A DNA stretch of 64,000 nt from Carpediemonas membranifera BICM (taxonomy: Eukaryota; Protista; Fornicata): NCBI GenBank assembly GCA_019828565.1, contig JAHDYR010000053.1, forward strand, positions 160,214 through 224,213. The letters are read 5' to 3'. The translations under genes and the position numbers were made by a program. Positions 54,084-64,000 of this stretch are shown here, one piece after another. Each line of letters begins with the position of its first letter. The stretch's first letter is position 1. Below the pieces are notes generated by a model. It was not told the origin of the DNA and made no database searches. It saw only the letters and a program-made list of their open reading frames with translations.

Positions 54084-54638
54084 CTATCTGATCTGAAGTT
54101 GCATCGAAGGTGCACCAAAGGATGTTCTCGCTGGCGCTCTTATCTCGGTGAGAGAGATTGAGAATATGACTCTCTGCTCGGGATGCCGACGTAGCCGTTC
54201 AACGCGCCATGGAGCTCCCTCGCACGCGGGATTCTGGCAGAGCATGGTGCGGTGTGTGTGCACCACACGTCGGAAGTGTGATTTGCAGTATGGGCACACG
54301 ATGGAAGTGCGGAATTCGGAGATTATGCCAGGAAGAGCTCGAGCAAAGTGGCGGTACGGAGCACAGGAGGGAGTGCCGGCGGAACAAAACAGTGCAGCCC
54401 CATACGCGACTTCGAGATGAATGGGCTCCGGGGGGCGCCCGCCGAGATCATCCAGGAGTTGACGTCCAGCCCGGGCGAAGTGCTTCAGGCGCAGACAATG
54501 ATTGGCAAAAGTCGCACGGCGGAAACACTTTCTCGTCCCCTCGTTGATGATCTGAACGATATTCTCATGGACAAACCTAATCGACTGTTTGAGAGCCTCT
54601 AGACTTGTCGTTTTGAACGATGCTGCGCTCATATTCAC
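54084..54638 (-). CDS. Hypothetical protein with CxxC...CxxxxC motif
   Basis: 184-aa ORF containing CPYC and CQNPAC; may be spurious. Confidence 0.35.
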   Translation of the reverse strand: MNMSAASFKTTSLEALKQSIRFVHENIVQIINEGTRKCFRRATFANHCLRLKHFARAGRQLLDDLGGRPPEPIHLEVAYGAALFCSAGTPSCAPYRHFARALPGIISEFRTSIVCPYCKSHFRRVVHTHRTMLCQNPACEGAPWRVERLRRHPEQRVIFSISLTEIRAPARTSFGAPSMQLQIR

Positions 54639-54659
54639 GCGGAAAGAGGGGGTGGCAGT

Positions 54660-55689
54660 CTAGCCACACTTAGCGAGTACGCCAGATACACTCTGCCCGT
54701 CTGGGCGGAGGATCGTGTAGCCGCCCAGCGACCGAGCACCAGGGTCGAAGCCCATGAGAGCTTGAATGTCCGGGGCAGGAGTAGCCTCGGTGTCATCCTG
54801 ACCGAGCCGAGCCCGCTTGTTGCAGCTACCCTTTTTGTACGTGGGCCGGTCAGCCACCCGACCGCCACGGTATTTCTCGCGACCCACCCAAACCGTCACA
54901 GCAACAGAGACCCCGTCTGTCTTCACAGAGAGCACTCTGCGAAGTTTGGTGATGTCGCCGTGATCACGCTCGTATTCAGCCACCTGCTCGTCGGTCAAAT
55001 TCTTGGTTGCTGACCAATTCACGTGCACACGCAGGCGCCTCTTCATCGCTGGGGTGAGCGACATATAACCGTACTCGATGGTCATGAACCCAGGCTTGAC
55101 CGGTGCCATCGGCACGAACGGGACGAGCTTCGGCTCTGGCAGGGCCTGACTGAGCTCGAGGTTCACGGCACGAGTGAGTGTGACCAGCTTGGTCACTGCA
55201 GCACTCATGCGCGTGACGCACGACAGCACACCGACGAGGGCCTCGGCCACGGTACCAGTGCGACCCACCCGTTGCCCCTCGGGCAATGCATGTATTTGAG
55301 GATGATACCTGTCATGATCGGCGGCTATGGCGGCAACCTCAGTGTCGAGCTCGCCTAGGGTGTCGAGAAAATCCTGTCGAACACCCGGCTGATCATGGAG
55401 GAGCGGGCGCACCCGTTCTAATCCAGCACGAAGACGGGTCAGGTACGCGGGTGACGCGCGCGAGAGCCAGACCCGGGTGGCTGTGGAGTACTCGCCCAAC
55501 CAGCTCTGAAATGGAAATGCAATTCCAACGTAGGCTTCCCTGAAGTCCCGGACGAGTGGGGTTATGTCAGGGTCCCTCCACATCGCCAGGTCGCCAATCC
55601 ACCTGCACCGATCCGCTGCCTTTGCCTTCGACACCTTTTGCTGAGCAATGACGATCTGCTTAAGGTAAGGTACCTTACCTTACGATCAT
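54660..55689 (-). pseudogene. Fanzor/TnpB-like RNA-guided nuclease fragment, truncated after RuvC-I
   Basis: SVKTDGVSVAV followed by ALMGFDPGAR (RuvC-I); stop 24 aa later; possible 25-nt intron 55659-55683. Confidence 0.6.
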
Positions 55690-56431
55690 TTCTTTTCAGG
55701 GTTCATCAGCTAGCAGCATCCCTCAAAACACAAGAAACCAGCATCATACAACACAAAGCGTCTTTACTACTAGTCACAACCGCTTTCCACCACTAGTGTC
55801 TCTCACAACAGACGAAGACGACGACGTCATGAGCTTCAGACGCCGGCAATGGACGACAGATGAGCGCGTAACAGACGAGCACAGACGCGAAAGAAGACAG
55901 CAGCGTTCGACACAGACGATGGACGACAGACGACGCATCTTTTCGTGCAGACCGACGACTGAAAGCACGACAGACCGATGGCACAGACGAGGGCTGAAGT
56001 GGGTGAGTGGAGGTAGTGTGCTGCGCAGGATTAGAATTGTTCAGTCTAAATCGCCGACGCCCTCATGTCCGCTACCCTTCTGGTGTACGACAGGTGGGCC
56101 GTCAGACTGAACCTGTTCAGTCCTCTGGAGTTCATCCCAGGGGGGTCGACAGCCTAAGTCACCTTTACATGAATCCTCCACAAACCCTCTAAATACCACA
56201 GTTCAGAACCCTTAAACTGCACCACGCACTCGACCAGTTCTTATGATTGCTGATAAACACAGCTGCTCGGAATAGTACGTTCGTGCCCGGATTACAACAT
56301 CGCAGTTTTAGGTGACGGTTGAGTTGCTATTGAAGGGTCGAAAAATGTGTTTATACTGCGCAACAGTTGAAGTTCAGTGTCAATGCTTCCTTGCGGTGTA
56401 TGTAGATGTGGTCAGTTAGCCTGTTGCTCGG

Positions 56432-57994
56432 GTGGTTAACAAGGGTGAGGGAATAAAAAAGAGAGTTGAGGTTCAGGTTTGCTCTCGGATGCACGGAAAG
56501 AAAGCAGACAGTCTGAAGGCTTGGGATGAGGAGGATCTTGAATCAATGGTCCAGGATGGCTGGAGATACGTTCGTCCTCGCATGCACGAGTACAGGGCCT
56601 TCGTGAAAGGCCGCTGGCTTGGCCGCACGATCCTTGACGTTCTAACTGATGAATTCCGTGCCTTCAACCGCGAATACTACCAGCGTGCGATCGAGATAGG
56701 CAAGATCCGCATTGTTCTTCCAAACACAGAGGAGCCCATCAACGTCGGCCCCGATTTCATCGTTGGCAACAACATGCAGATCAGGCACATGGTCCACCGT
56801 CACGAGGCACCCATCCCTGACACCCTGCCTGCGGTTACTCGAGTCACCGACGAGTTTGTGGCCGTTGGTAAGCCTGCCGGGCCCCCAGTTCATTCATGCG
56901 GCCGGTTCTTCGATAACACGCTATGCTCACTCATCGGGCACGTCAGACCCGACCTAGAGGGCCTTCACCCAGTCCATAGACTTGACCGGCTCACGTCAGG
57001 CACCCTTGTCTTCGCAAGATCAGCCGTGTGCGCAGAGAAGGTGAGGCAGGCGATGACGGACAAGAAGACATGCAAGGTCTACCTTGCCAAGATCAAGGGC
57101 TCGATCGGGCCAGACCCTCTACTCGTGTCCGTTTCGCTGATCGTCCGAGACGCAGCCAAGGGTGTCTGCGAAACAGTCCTTGATGGCCTCGAGAAAATCG
57201 AATCAGATCTTCCTGTCGGAGTCAGGCGGGTTAGGAATAAGGAGGAGGTCGATTCAGTCGAGCAATCGTTTACAGGTTTCATCGCCCAAGAGGCGGAGGA
57301 GGAGAAGAAGCTGAGGAAGCAACTCGTGGCCAACAGTCGCGCGGCAAAGCGGGCTCGCACGGAGGCAGGGTCAGTCGACGTCCCGGTGCCCAAGCGATTC
57401 TCTGCCAAGATGTCGCACACACTCATCGCCCAAATCTCCACGGACGAAGTGTCCGGCACTTCCATTGTCATGTGCCGACCCATGACCGGCCGGACGCACC
57501 AGATCCGCCTCCACCTGCTGCATCTGGGCACGCCCATCGTTAACGACCCATGCTACGGCGGCGACCCCCTCGCTGAGCCTGAGACTCTTGCTCCAGTCCC
57601 GCTGGCCCACGCCGACTCCATATGGGACGCTAAGAGACCGGAGGGCGACTGCCCCCTCTGCGACGAACAGCGGTCGATGGAGGCGCAGTTTATGGCTGCG
57701 AAGGAACGGGGGGATGAGGACGATGAGATGGTCACCACCCGGCCCAAGCTCATGGTCGAACCGAGCGGCAGTCTACACACCTCGGCATTGCTCAGGAATC
57801 GTTGGTTCTACCGTTATATTTGTCTGCACGCCGCAGCGTACAATGTGATGGGCACGGTCGTCTCGAGCCCCCTTCCCCCGTGGTTTGTGGAGACTAGCAC
57901 AGCTGCGACCATGACCAGCCTTATCACTGGGGGTCGGGTGTCCTGGGACGACGTCATGGCTTGTCAGACCGGGGCGGGAGCCAAGGAGGAGTAG
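56432..57994 (+). CDS. RluA-family pseudouridine synthase (RPUSD2/Pus9-like; start probably later)
   Basis: VKGRWLGRT, HRHE, KPAG.PVH..GRF, HRLDRLTSG, TGRTHQIR.HL..LG.PI.ND, ICLHA. Confidence 0.92.
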   Translation: MVNKGEGIKKRVEVQVCSRMHGKKADSLKAWDEEDLESMVQDGWRYVRPRMHEYRAFVKGRWLGRTILDVLTDEFRAFNREYYQRAIEIGKIRIVLPNTEEPINVGPDFIVGNNMQIRHMVHRHEAPIPDTLPAVTRVTDEFVAVGKPAGPPVHSCGRFFDNTLCSLIGHVRPDLEGLHPVHRLDRLTSGTLVFARSAVCAEKVRQAMTDKKTCKVYLAKIKGSIGPDPLLVSVSLIVRDAAKGVCETVLDGLEKIESDLPVGVRRVRNKEEVDSVEQSFTGFIAQEAEEEKKLRKQLVANSRAAKRARTEAGSVDVPVPKRFSAKMSHTLIAQISTDEVSGTSIVMCRPMTGRTHQIRLHLLHLGTPIVNDPCYGGDPLAEPETLAPVPLAHADSIWDAKRPEGDCPLCDEQRSMEAQFMAAKERGDEDDEMVTTRPKLMVEPSGSLHTSALLRNRWFYRYICLHAAAYNVMGTVVSSPLPPWFVETSTAATMTSLITGGRVSWDDVMACQTGAGAKEE

Positions 57995-58087
57995 GCCGTT
58001 GGTGTGGGGCATGTGGATAAGTGTGCTTCGCCCATGGCTTTATAACGGGCTTCATCCTAGTCGACCCAGACCATGGTAAAAGGTAAT

Positions 58088-58585
58088 TTAAAAGTCGTTT
58101 TCCGTGATATGCTTCAGCAAGCCCTTCGAGGCGTCCTCCACGATGTCCAGCACGTGGTTGAACCCGTTCGCCCCACCGTAGTATGGGTCAGGCACGGGTT
58201 GGTTGTGGAACTGCTCGGAGAACTCAGTGAAGAGCGAGAGATGGCCGCTAAAGCCCTTGGGGCATACACGCTGGCAGTTGGAGAGGTTAGAATCGTCCAT
58301 GGCGAGGATGTAGTCGAAATCACGGAAATCCTGCTTCGAGAGCTGGCGGGCGCGGAGGGAGCTCAGGTCATAGCCACGCTTCTTAGCAGCGGCAGCAGAC
58401 CGAGAATCGGGTGATTCGCCAACGTGATAGGCCGCTGTGCCACAGCTGTCGACCTTAATGTCCCCTGCAAGCCCTTCGCGCTTCACGATCGTTCCAAAGA
58501 CACCGTCGGCGGTAGGAGAGCGACAAATATTTCCGAGGCACACGAATAGCACCGAGATAGTGTTCTTGGGGCCGGATGTGACCAT
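58088..58585 (-). CDS. Low-molecular-weight protein-tyrosine phosphatase
   Basis: VLFVCLGNICRSP, FDYILAMD, VPDPYYG. Confidence 0.95.
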   Translation of the reverse strand: MVTSGPKNTISVLFVCLGNICRSPTADGVFGTIVKREGLAGDIKVDSCGTAAYHVGESPDSRSAAAAKKRGYDLSSLRARQLSKQDFRDFDYILAMDDSNLSNCQRVCPKGFSGHLSLFTEFSEQFHNQPVPDPYYGGANGFNHVLDIVEDASKGLLKHITENDF

Positions 58586-58629
58586 TGCTGTTCGATTTGC
58601 GCAAATCTGGCAAAACTATCCAAAACCGC

Positions 58630-61260
58630 ATGAGTGGCGACAAAGACGACAGGAGCCGCACAGTCACTGCGAACAAAGAGGACAAGCGGCGATATCTCAG
58701 CGAGCATCCAGAAGTTCGGAAAATGTTGACGCTTTTCATCTCTAGGTGCATTGAGGAGCATCCAGCGTCCGTTGAGGCCTTTTCCTGCGAGTTTTTCAGC
58801 GATCCAGCTATGCCAGACCTTGTTGCACAGCGTGTGGGCCTTCCAGATGCGACCTCGCTCCGCCCACCGGTCATTCCCCGCACCCCCATCTCGACTGCGC
58901 CCATGATCATCCCCCTCGGCGTCATGGACTCTGCTGTCCAAGCTAGCCAAGATGATGCCCCCATGTTCGTCCCAGACGTCCTTCCCCGCGCAGACTTGTC
59001 TGAACCGTCGAAGTTTAGCAGTCTGATGCCTATGTCTTTCGACGAGTTGCCCGAGCCCGTCTCCCAAAAGATATCCATTGCTGAGAGCGACATGGGTAAG
59101 ATTCAGATGTACACGATGCCCGAGTTCTTCCACCTAGCCCTGGAAACTGCCGAGGCAGACAAGGCCGTTGTTGTCTTGATGCTCTTGTACGGCGCCAAGA
59201 AGGCGCTACATGTTCAGACGGGGTCCTTGTGTCAGTATTCACTGATGAGACGCATCGCAGGGTCGGCTCCCTCTCTCTTCGAGGCCTTTGCTCAGTTACA
59301 CCCCGCCATCGCCGGGCTGGGCAAGCTCGAGATCGCTGAGGGCGACCTTTCTCATGTAACCAAGCTGTTCAGCCGCACTTTCTTCGTAACTTCAAACCTG
59401 CTCTTCGGGCAGACCCAACCTGACACAGTCGACTGGGAATCGACTCGGGTTGACCTGCTCCCGACTCCGGCACTCATCGTTCACTCGCCCCACATCAGTG
59501 CCGGCTGCAGCGGCAAGGTTTACAGATTCCTGCCTGTTGTAGTGGGCAATACGGCGACGTTGTTCATGTCGCTGATCAACCCATCTTTTATCGATCAGAT
59601 GGTGTATCAGATACGGAGATTCGGGATGAGACCGCAAGATGTGACAAACGTGGGTGATATTGTCAGGAGAGCGGTCATGGAATCTAACAGGGGACTGAAA
59701 GCACTCGAGATGGGAGTGACAGTCAATCAAATTGTGCTTATAATCGATGGAATTGACCCTGACTGGCTTCGAGGCGAGATAGATTTCATCGATCTTCATG
59801 TCCGAATCATAGAATCTTCAACCGGCGCCCCAGTCAACCGCGAATCTTTTATCCCAGATCTCGAATCCGATCGCACCATCATGTTCCAGTTCCTCGAGTA
59901 TCAGTTCGCTGGCACTCCGGAAGACTTGTGTAGAGTCGCTCTCTTCTCTCGCGACGCGGTATCGTCAATCAAATTCGATGATTCTGAGTATCTTGAAACC
60001 AAATCCTCGGTAATCCGCCGCATCAAGAGATCTTTCCGGATTGCCGGAATGCACCCAGATCGACTCAACGACTCGCTCTGGTCTGTCGTGCCGGAGACTT
60101 CTCACCGCGCCCTTGCCCTCCCCGGCGCCGCTGCCGGTACACATTGGACCCCGCTTGCCCAGCTTATCTCCTCCCTCGTCGAGCTCTTCGTCTTTGGCCG
60201 CGTGCACTTTAAGAACCAAGAGAACGACGGCACCCCCCCACCGCCGCTCAACACGGTTCTTTGCGGCGTCGGCATGCTTGCGCACGGCCCAATTGCCGCC
60301 GAACTGGTCCACCACCACGAGACATGCCCGCTGGTCGACCAGAAGTACCACCAGTTGATGGACTCACCCTTCCATGAGTGCAGATGCACCCTGCCCGGCC
60401 TAGAAACAGCCTTTGCACACCCTATGGCTAGGAACCCGTCCCTTCGCACACTTCTCCACGTCGACCCGCTCTGTCACTTGCCCATCAGCCGACTGTACTC
60501 CGTCCAAATCACTCCGAGAACGCTGCTAGTGTGCCTATGGTCTTGCATGCGGCGTCACTGGGATAAGTCGACCTTCTTCTTGACCACACCCCAGTGTCAT
60601 TGTGTCGCGTGTGCGGCAGACGTCCCGGTCGAGTCGCCCGAGTCGATGACGAGCATCACGACAACTGCTCCGGCCGTACTTCCTATCATGAGCCGCTATG
60701 GCCTCATTTTCCACAGTGGGAGTGAGAAGCTGACTGTACTTTATGATCGGAAGAGAGCCTTTGACTCAATCAAAGCGACAGTTGATCGGCTGAAGATTGA
60801 GGGCGATATCGATGGCCGGGTTGACTCACTCAACCACGAGGAGATTCTTCGGCAGATCCGAGCGGCTGAGTTATCTGACGCTGAGCTCGACACACCCGAA
60901 TTACATGTGCTCGACGAGTATACATTAATGCGGACCCCTCTTGGCCAGAGCATCCGGAACCGGGTCTCAATCGATGACTTCGACTCCATCGTGCGGCCAG
61001 TGATGGTGGGGGCGACGCACCTGACCCGGCTGGGCGCGCTTGTGGAATACTTCTACCCGCGGAAGAAGGCCGAGGCTGACCAAAGGCCGGCAACACCGAC
61101 AGACGACGCTGAGATCGGCGTGGAGGCGGAAAAGCCCCTCTCAGGCCAGCCATTGAGCGAGGACTTCTGCGCCATGGCGGCCGTGCCGTCGCTCGTGCTC
61201 AGCGGCGCTTTTGGGACGGTGGCTGAGCGACTTGATGGCATCCCAGGACTGATGGTGTGA
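58630..61260 (+). CDS. Hypothetical protein with N-terminal RIIa-like dimerisation/docking domain
   Basis: RYLSEHPEVRKMLTLFISRCIEEHPASVEAFSCEFFSDP; rest unrecognised. Confidence 0.65.
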   Translation: MSGDKDDRSRTVTANKEDKRRYLSEHPEVRKMLTLFISRCIEEHPASVEAFSCEFFSDPAMPDLVAQRVGLPDATSLRPPVIPRTPISTAPMIIPLGVMDSAVQASQDDAPMFVPDVLPRADLSEPSKFSSLMPMSFDELPEPVSQKISIAESDMGKIQMYTMPEFFHLALETAEADKAVVVLMLLYGAKKALHVQTGSLCQYSLMRRIAGSAPSLFEAFAQLHPAIAGLGKLEIAEGDLSHVTKLFSRTFFVTSNLLFGQTQPDTVDWESTRVDLLPTPALIVHSPHISAGCSGKVYRFLPVVVGNTATLFMSLINPSFIDQMVYQIRRFGMRPQDVTNVGDIVRRAVMESNRGLKALEMGVTVNQIVLIIDGIDPDWLRGEIDFIDLHVRIIESSTGAPVNRESFIPDLESDRTIMFQFLEYQFAGTPEDLCRVALFSRDAVSSIKFDDSEYLETKSSVIRRIKRSFRIAGMHPDRLNDSLWSVVPETSHRALALPGAAAGTHWTPLAQLISSLVELFVFGRVHFKNQENDGTPPPPLNTVLCGVGMLAHGPIAAELVHHHETCPLVDQKYHQLMDSPFHECRCTLPGLETAFAHPMARNPSLRTLLHVDPLCHLPISRLYSVQITPRTLLVCLWSCMRRHWDKSTFFLTTPQCHCVACAADVPVESPESMTSITTTAPAVLPIMSRYGLIFHSGSEKLTVLYDRKRAFDSIKATVDRLKIEGDIDGRVDSLNHEEILRQIRAAELSDAELDTPELHVLDEYTLMRTPLGQSIRNRVSIDDFDSIVRPVMVGATHLTRLGALVEYFYPRKKAEADQRPATPTDDAEIGVEAEKPLSGQPLSEDFCAMAAVPSLVLSGAFGTVAERLDGIPGLMV

Positions 61261-61370
61261 GGGTTTTGTTACATTAGACTGCTATAAATAGGGGTGTACG
61301 TTTCAGGGCACAGCTTCATGCTGCTGACACAGCTTGAGTCATGTTGTGTCAAATCTGGCAAAACACAGCA

Positions 61371-62472
61371 AATGAGCGCAAGAATCCTTACTTTCCTTTC
61401 TGTAATCCTAATTTGCTGGTGCTTGACGCCGTATGTTGCTACTGGCGAGCATGGAGCTTTCCCTGTTTCCGAAGAGAGTCTTGTTGCCACGTACACCACC
61501 TCTGTGGGGGACATCACCGTGTCCTCCTCGGAAGACCGCCCCACACAGGTTATATTCACTCAAACTGCCTCTGAGTCTGAGAATGTTCACGACTTTGCTG
61601 TTAGCGCCTGGTTTGATGGTGTTGGCGACATTATCATCGCAAACGACGCTGTTCTGAGCGGTGCCAAGGCCGGTCTGATTCTTGCCGAGTACCCTGTCGT
61701 CGATGCCCCCTATACAACTACGGACACGTTCTTCGGCATGATCGATCACACGATTACCGTTTCCCCCAGCGACGATGGCACCGTCCACGTCCACAACGAG
61801 TTTACCGTCAACGACGCCACCCGCGATGACACCGCCTACGTTGTATTCAACCTCTGGACCATCGGCGCGGTTGTTAAGACAGTCACTGAGCAGCAGATGA
61901 ACACTGCCGCTGCCACCCTCTCCCTGATCACCACCGGGTTCACCTGCATGACGGCCCAGGTCCTCGGCGGCGACGAAACCGGCGAACTCACCGAGCGCAT
62001 CGTCTGGGGTCGTATCACTCCCGAGGACGTCGAGCTCGTCTTCGCGACGGCCGAGGAGCAGGGTGTGGCTGGACTAGCTGCCCTCGACGCCCCAGGAGAC
62101 GTCGCTACGGCCGTTGGCATCGTGCCTGGCTGGTCCTCCATTTGTGACGCGATTGAGGATTCATTCCCCAACTGGGTCCAGAACGAATCAGATATTTCCG
62201 CCGAATCTCTCACGAATCTTTTCCGGAAGAACATCCACTACAAGGAGTGCGCCGTGGGCGTTCTCCAAGACATGGACACCGAGTTCACCCAGTACCAGCA
62301 GGAGCTATGGGACGGCTACAACAAGTTCACCGAGTCCATTGAGGGCGAGGAAGGTGCCATGGAGCGCATGGAGGCTGAGAAGGAGCGGCTCAGTGCCGTA
62401 ATCGACTCGAGATTTGAGGAGATGAAGGCTAGCTTGCAGGATAAGGTCACCGAGAAGTGTGGTGAGCTGTGA
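61371..62472 (+). CDS. Hypothetical secreted/surface acidic protein
   Basis: Hydrophobic N-terminal stretch ILTFLSVILICWCL; acidic body. Confidence 0.65.
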
Positions 62473-62590
62473 GGTAAATGTGCTTGTTACTGTGTGATGG
62501 AGGCGTGCTGGAGTTGTGTGTTGGCCAACTCTTGAAGTCTACAATGAAGTCTTGAGAGATTGGGGATGACTTGTCAGGGCGATGAGCTGA

Positions 62591-63658
62591 ATGAAAGTGA
62601 TGATAGACGAGATGGACGGAGATGGTATTGATAGAAAAGAAGGTCTTAAGGCAGCATACCGGTTATCCATTGCTGCAACCTCCTCTATCCCTGGGAACAT
62701 CCCATCGCTTCTCTTACAAGCATACGCCAGACAGTTTCGCGAAGAAATGTCTCCAATCGTCGGCATAGAAACCAATTTCGCTTCATTAAGCGTGAATTCA
62801 CTGGAAACCGTGCTCTCAAAGATCCCGCCCCTCATTGGTAACTCGCAACTCCTCCTCGACCGCGCCCGTTCCATCCTCACAGACGGCGCTCCACTGAGCA
62901 TGAACATCGAGCTCGCGGATGGCGATGACCTCCCGGTCGCCCTGCACACCCTGCTCCAGGGAACACTGTGGGCCTGCCTGATGGGTGCGGGAGCTAACCC
63001 CGATCTCGAGGACAGGCTATCCATCTCCAGAGAGCACTGCATGGCCGAGAGCAAGGTCCTATGGTTCCTCTGTCGCAAGTTCTTCTTCAGTTGGTCTGTT
63101 GCCGAGAAGGACAGCGAGTATGTCTGCGGTGAACGCTTCAACGACACTTACCGCATGTACATGGGCCGACTCTTCATGGCATTTACTTGCCCATGTAACG
63201 GATTCATCAGACTCCTAATGCCCAGAGCGCTCGAGGTCTACAGCGATGGAAGTACGTACATCGCAAGGACGCCCAAAGGCCTGTGGGGCTGGGGGCTGAA
63301 CGACTGCTTTCAGCTAGGCTTTACGTCGGGCAGGCGTCCTTTAACTAACCCGACCCGTCTCACCTTCCCAACCTGCCCCAAGCTTACCGAGTACGAGACC
63401 AGCCTGCCCCCCTGGCGCAAGGAAGCTCTCGTACTCAAGCTGCTCATCCAGGCAAGCAGGACGCTTATTCTCACCCCAGTTGGCCCATTCATGACTGGCC
63501 CCATGTTCGGACACGCCCCAGTCGCTTTGGGCGATCCCCGTAAGTTCAACCGGCTCCCGGTGCCATCAGGGTTTGTCCCAGATCAGGTCATATGGAGACA
63601 GGAAACCATAGTTCTCTCGTCACAAAACAGACAGGTTATCGTTGGTGACAAGGGATGA
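62591..63658 (+). CDS. RCC1/BLIP-II-like repeat protein (short or truncated)
   Basis: STYIART..GLWGWGLNDCFQLG RCC1-like blade. Confidence 0.55.
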   Translation: MKVMIDEMDGDGIDRKEGLKAAYRLSIAATSSIPGNIPSLLLQAYARQFREEMSPIVGIETNFASLSVNSLETVLSKIPPLIGNSQLLLDRARSILTDGAPLSMNIELADGDDLPVALHTLLQGTLWACLMGAGANPDLEDRLSISREHCMAESKVLWFLCRKFFFSWSVAEKDSEYVCGERFNDTYRMYMGRLFMAFTCPCNGFIRLLMPRALEVYSDGSTYIARTPKGLWGWGLNDCFQLGFTSGRRPLTNPTRLTFPTCPKLTEYETSLPPWRKEALVLKLLIQASRTLILTPVGPFMTGPMFGHAPVALGDPRKFNRLPVPSGFVPDQVIWRQETIVLSSQNRQVIVGDKG

Positions 63659-63720
63659 CAATGAGAGCGAAAGACGTTCGAGCTCACAACATGACAACAA
63701 TGATTGTGTCGTAAACGCCG

Positions 63721-64000
63721 CTAATCGTGCTTTTTATCTCCGATATCCAGACCACTAAGGGCCTGATAAAGCTCCGGCCGAGACTGCTGGATTATCTCCA
63801 TCGACAGTTCGACTTGGGCCTTCTGTAATCCGTCAGTAAACCTCTTGTTCGGCTTGAAATACTTCAGGTACCCGTTCCACTCGGTCGACCGGAGCCTGGC
63901 TTTCCTGCTGATCGCCTCCTTGACCCTACCCGCGAACTGCTGGGGCGACTCACCCGGCTCAATCGACATGGGCGGGAGGAAGTAGACATCGCCCACAATC
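63721..64000 (-). CDS. Glycerol-3-phosphate acyltransferase GPAT3/4/9-like, C-terminus only
   Basis: DVYFLPPM...GESPQQFAGRVKEAIS...WNGYLKY. Confidence 0.82.
   Translation of the reverse strand, partial: IVGDVYFLPPMSIEPGESPQQFAGRVKEAISRKARLRSTEWNGYLKYFKPNKRFTDGLQKAQVELSMEIIQQSRPELYQALSGLDIGDKKHD

Noticed and set aside
55740-55800. Helitron 3' end (CTAG plus hairpin) near the Fanzor-like gene
   Set aside because: CTAG motifs are present, but there is no convincing GC-rich hairpin at the right distance and no matching 5' end.

Overview
Eukaryotic DNA from a gene-dense genome with very short (~25-32 nt) GT-AG introns, probably a protist. Bases 1-41,600 are a transposon pile-up. (i) 1-19,930 is a triple nest that can be rebuilt base by base. 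Ty3/Gypsy element A is interrupted in its integrase by chromodomain-bearing Gypsy element B (identical 50-bp LTRs, ACCC TSD). B is interrupted in its RNase H by an 11.3-kb DNA transposon C (50-bp TIRs, 2-bp TG TSD). Besides a CMC/Transib-like DDE transposase, C carries a set of chromatin/ubiquitin-related genes: a GNAT acetyltransferase, a spliced OTU deubiquitinase, a SET methyltransferase, a caspase-fold (CHAT-like) protease and a PHD-finger protein. Both Gypsy elements lack a tRNA primer-binding site and have a 10-bp palindrome in its place. (ii) 20,263-41,599 holds three families of tyrosine-recombinase (DIRS-order, PAT/Ngaro-type) retrotransposons, arranged around three identical tRNA-Lys(CTT) genes. 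It includes an inverted 5.4-kb block (element + tRNA + half of a second element) that appears to have moved as a unit into a host gene. (iii) 41,890-64,000 is mostly host genes: a giant coiled-coil repeat protein, DUS2-like, Sey1/RHD3-like, SET1-like, an RluA-type pseudouridine synthase, LMW-PTP, an RIIa-domain protein, an RCC1-like protein and a GPAT3/4 C-terminus, plus a truncated Fanzor/TnpB-like gene. All protein calls come from motifs recognised by eye, not database searches. Many single-base frameshifts fall in homopolymers and may be sequencing errors.
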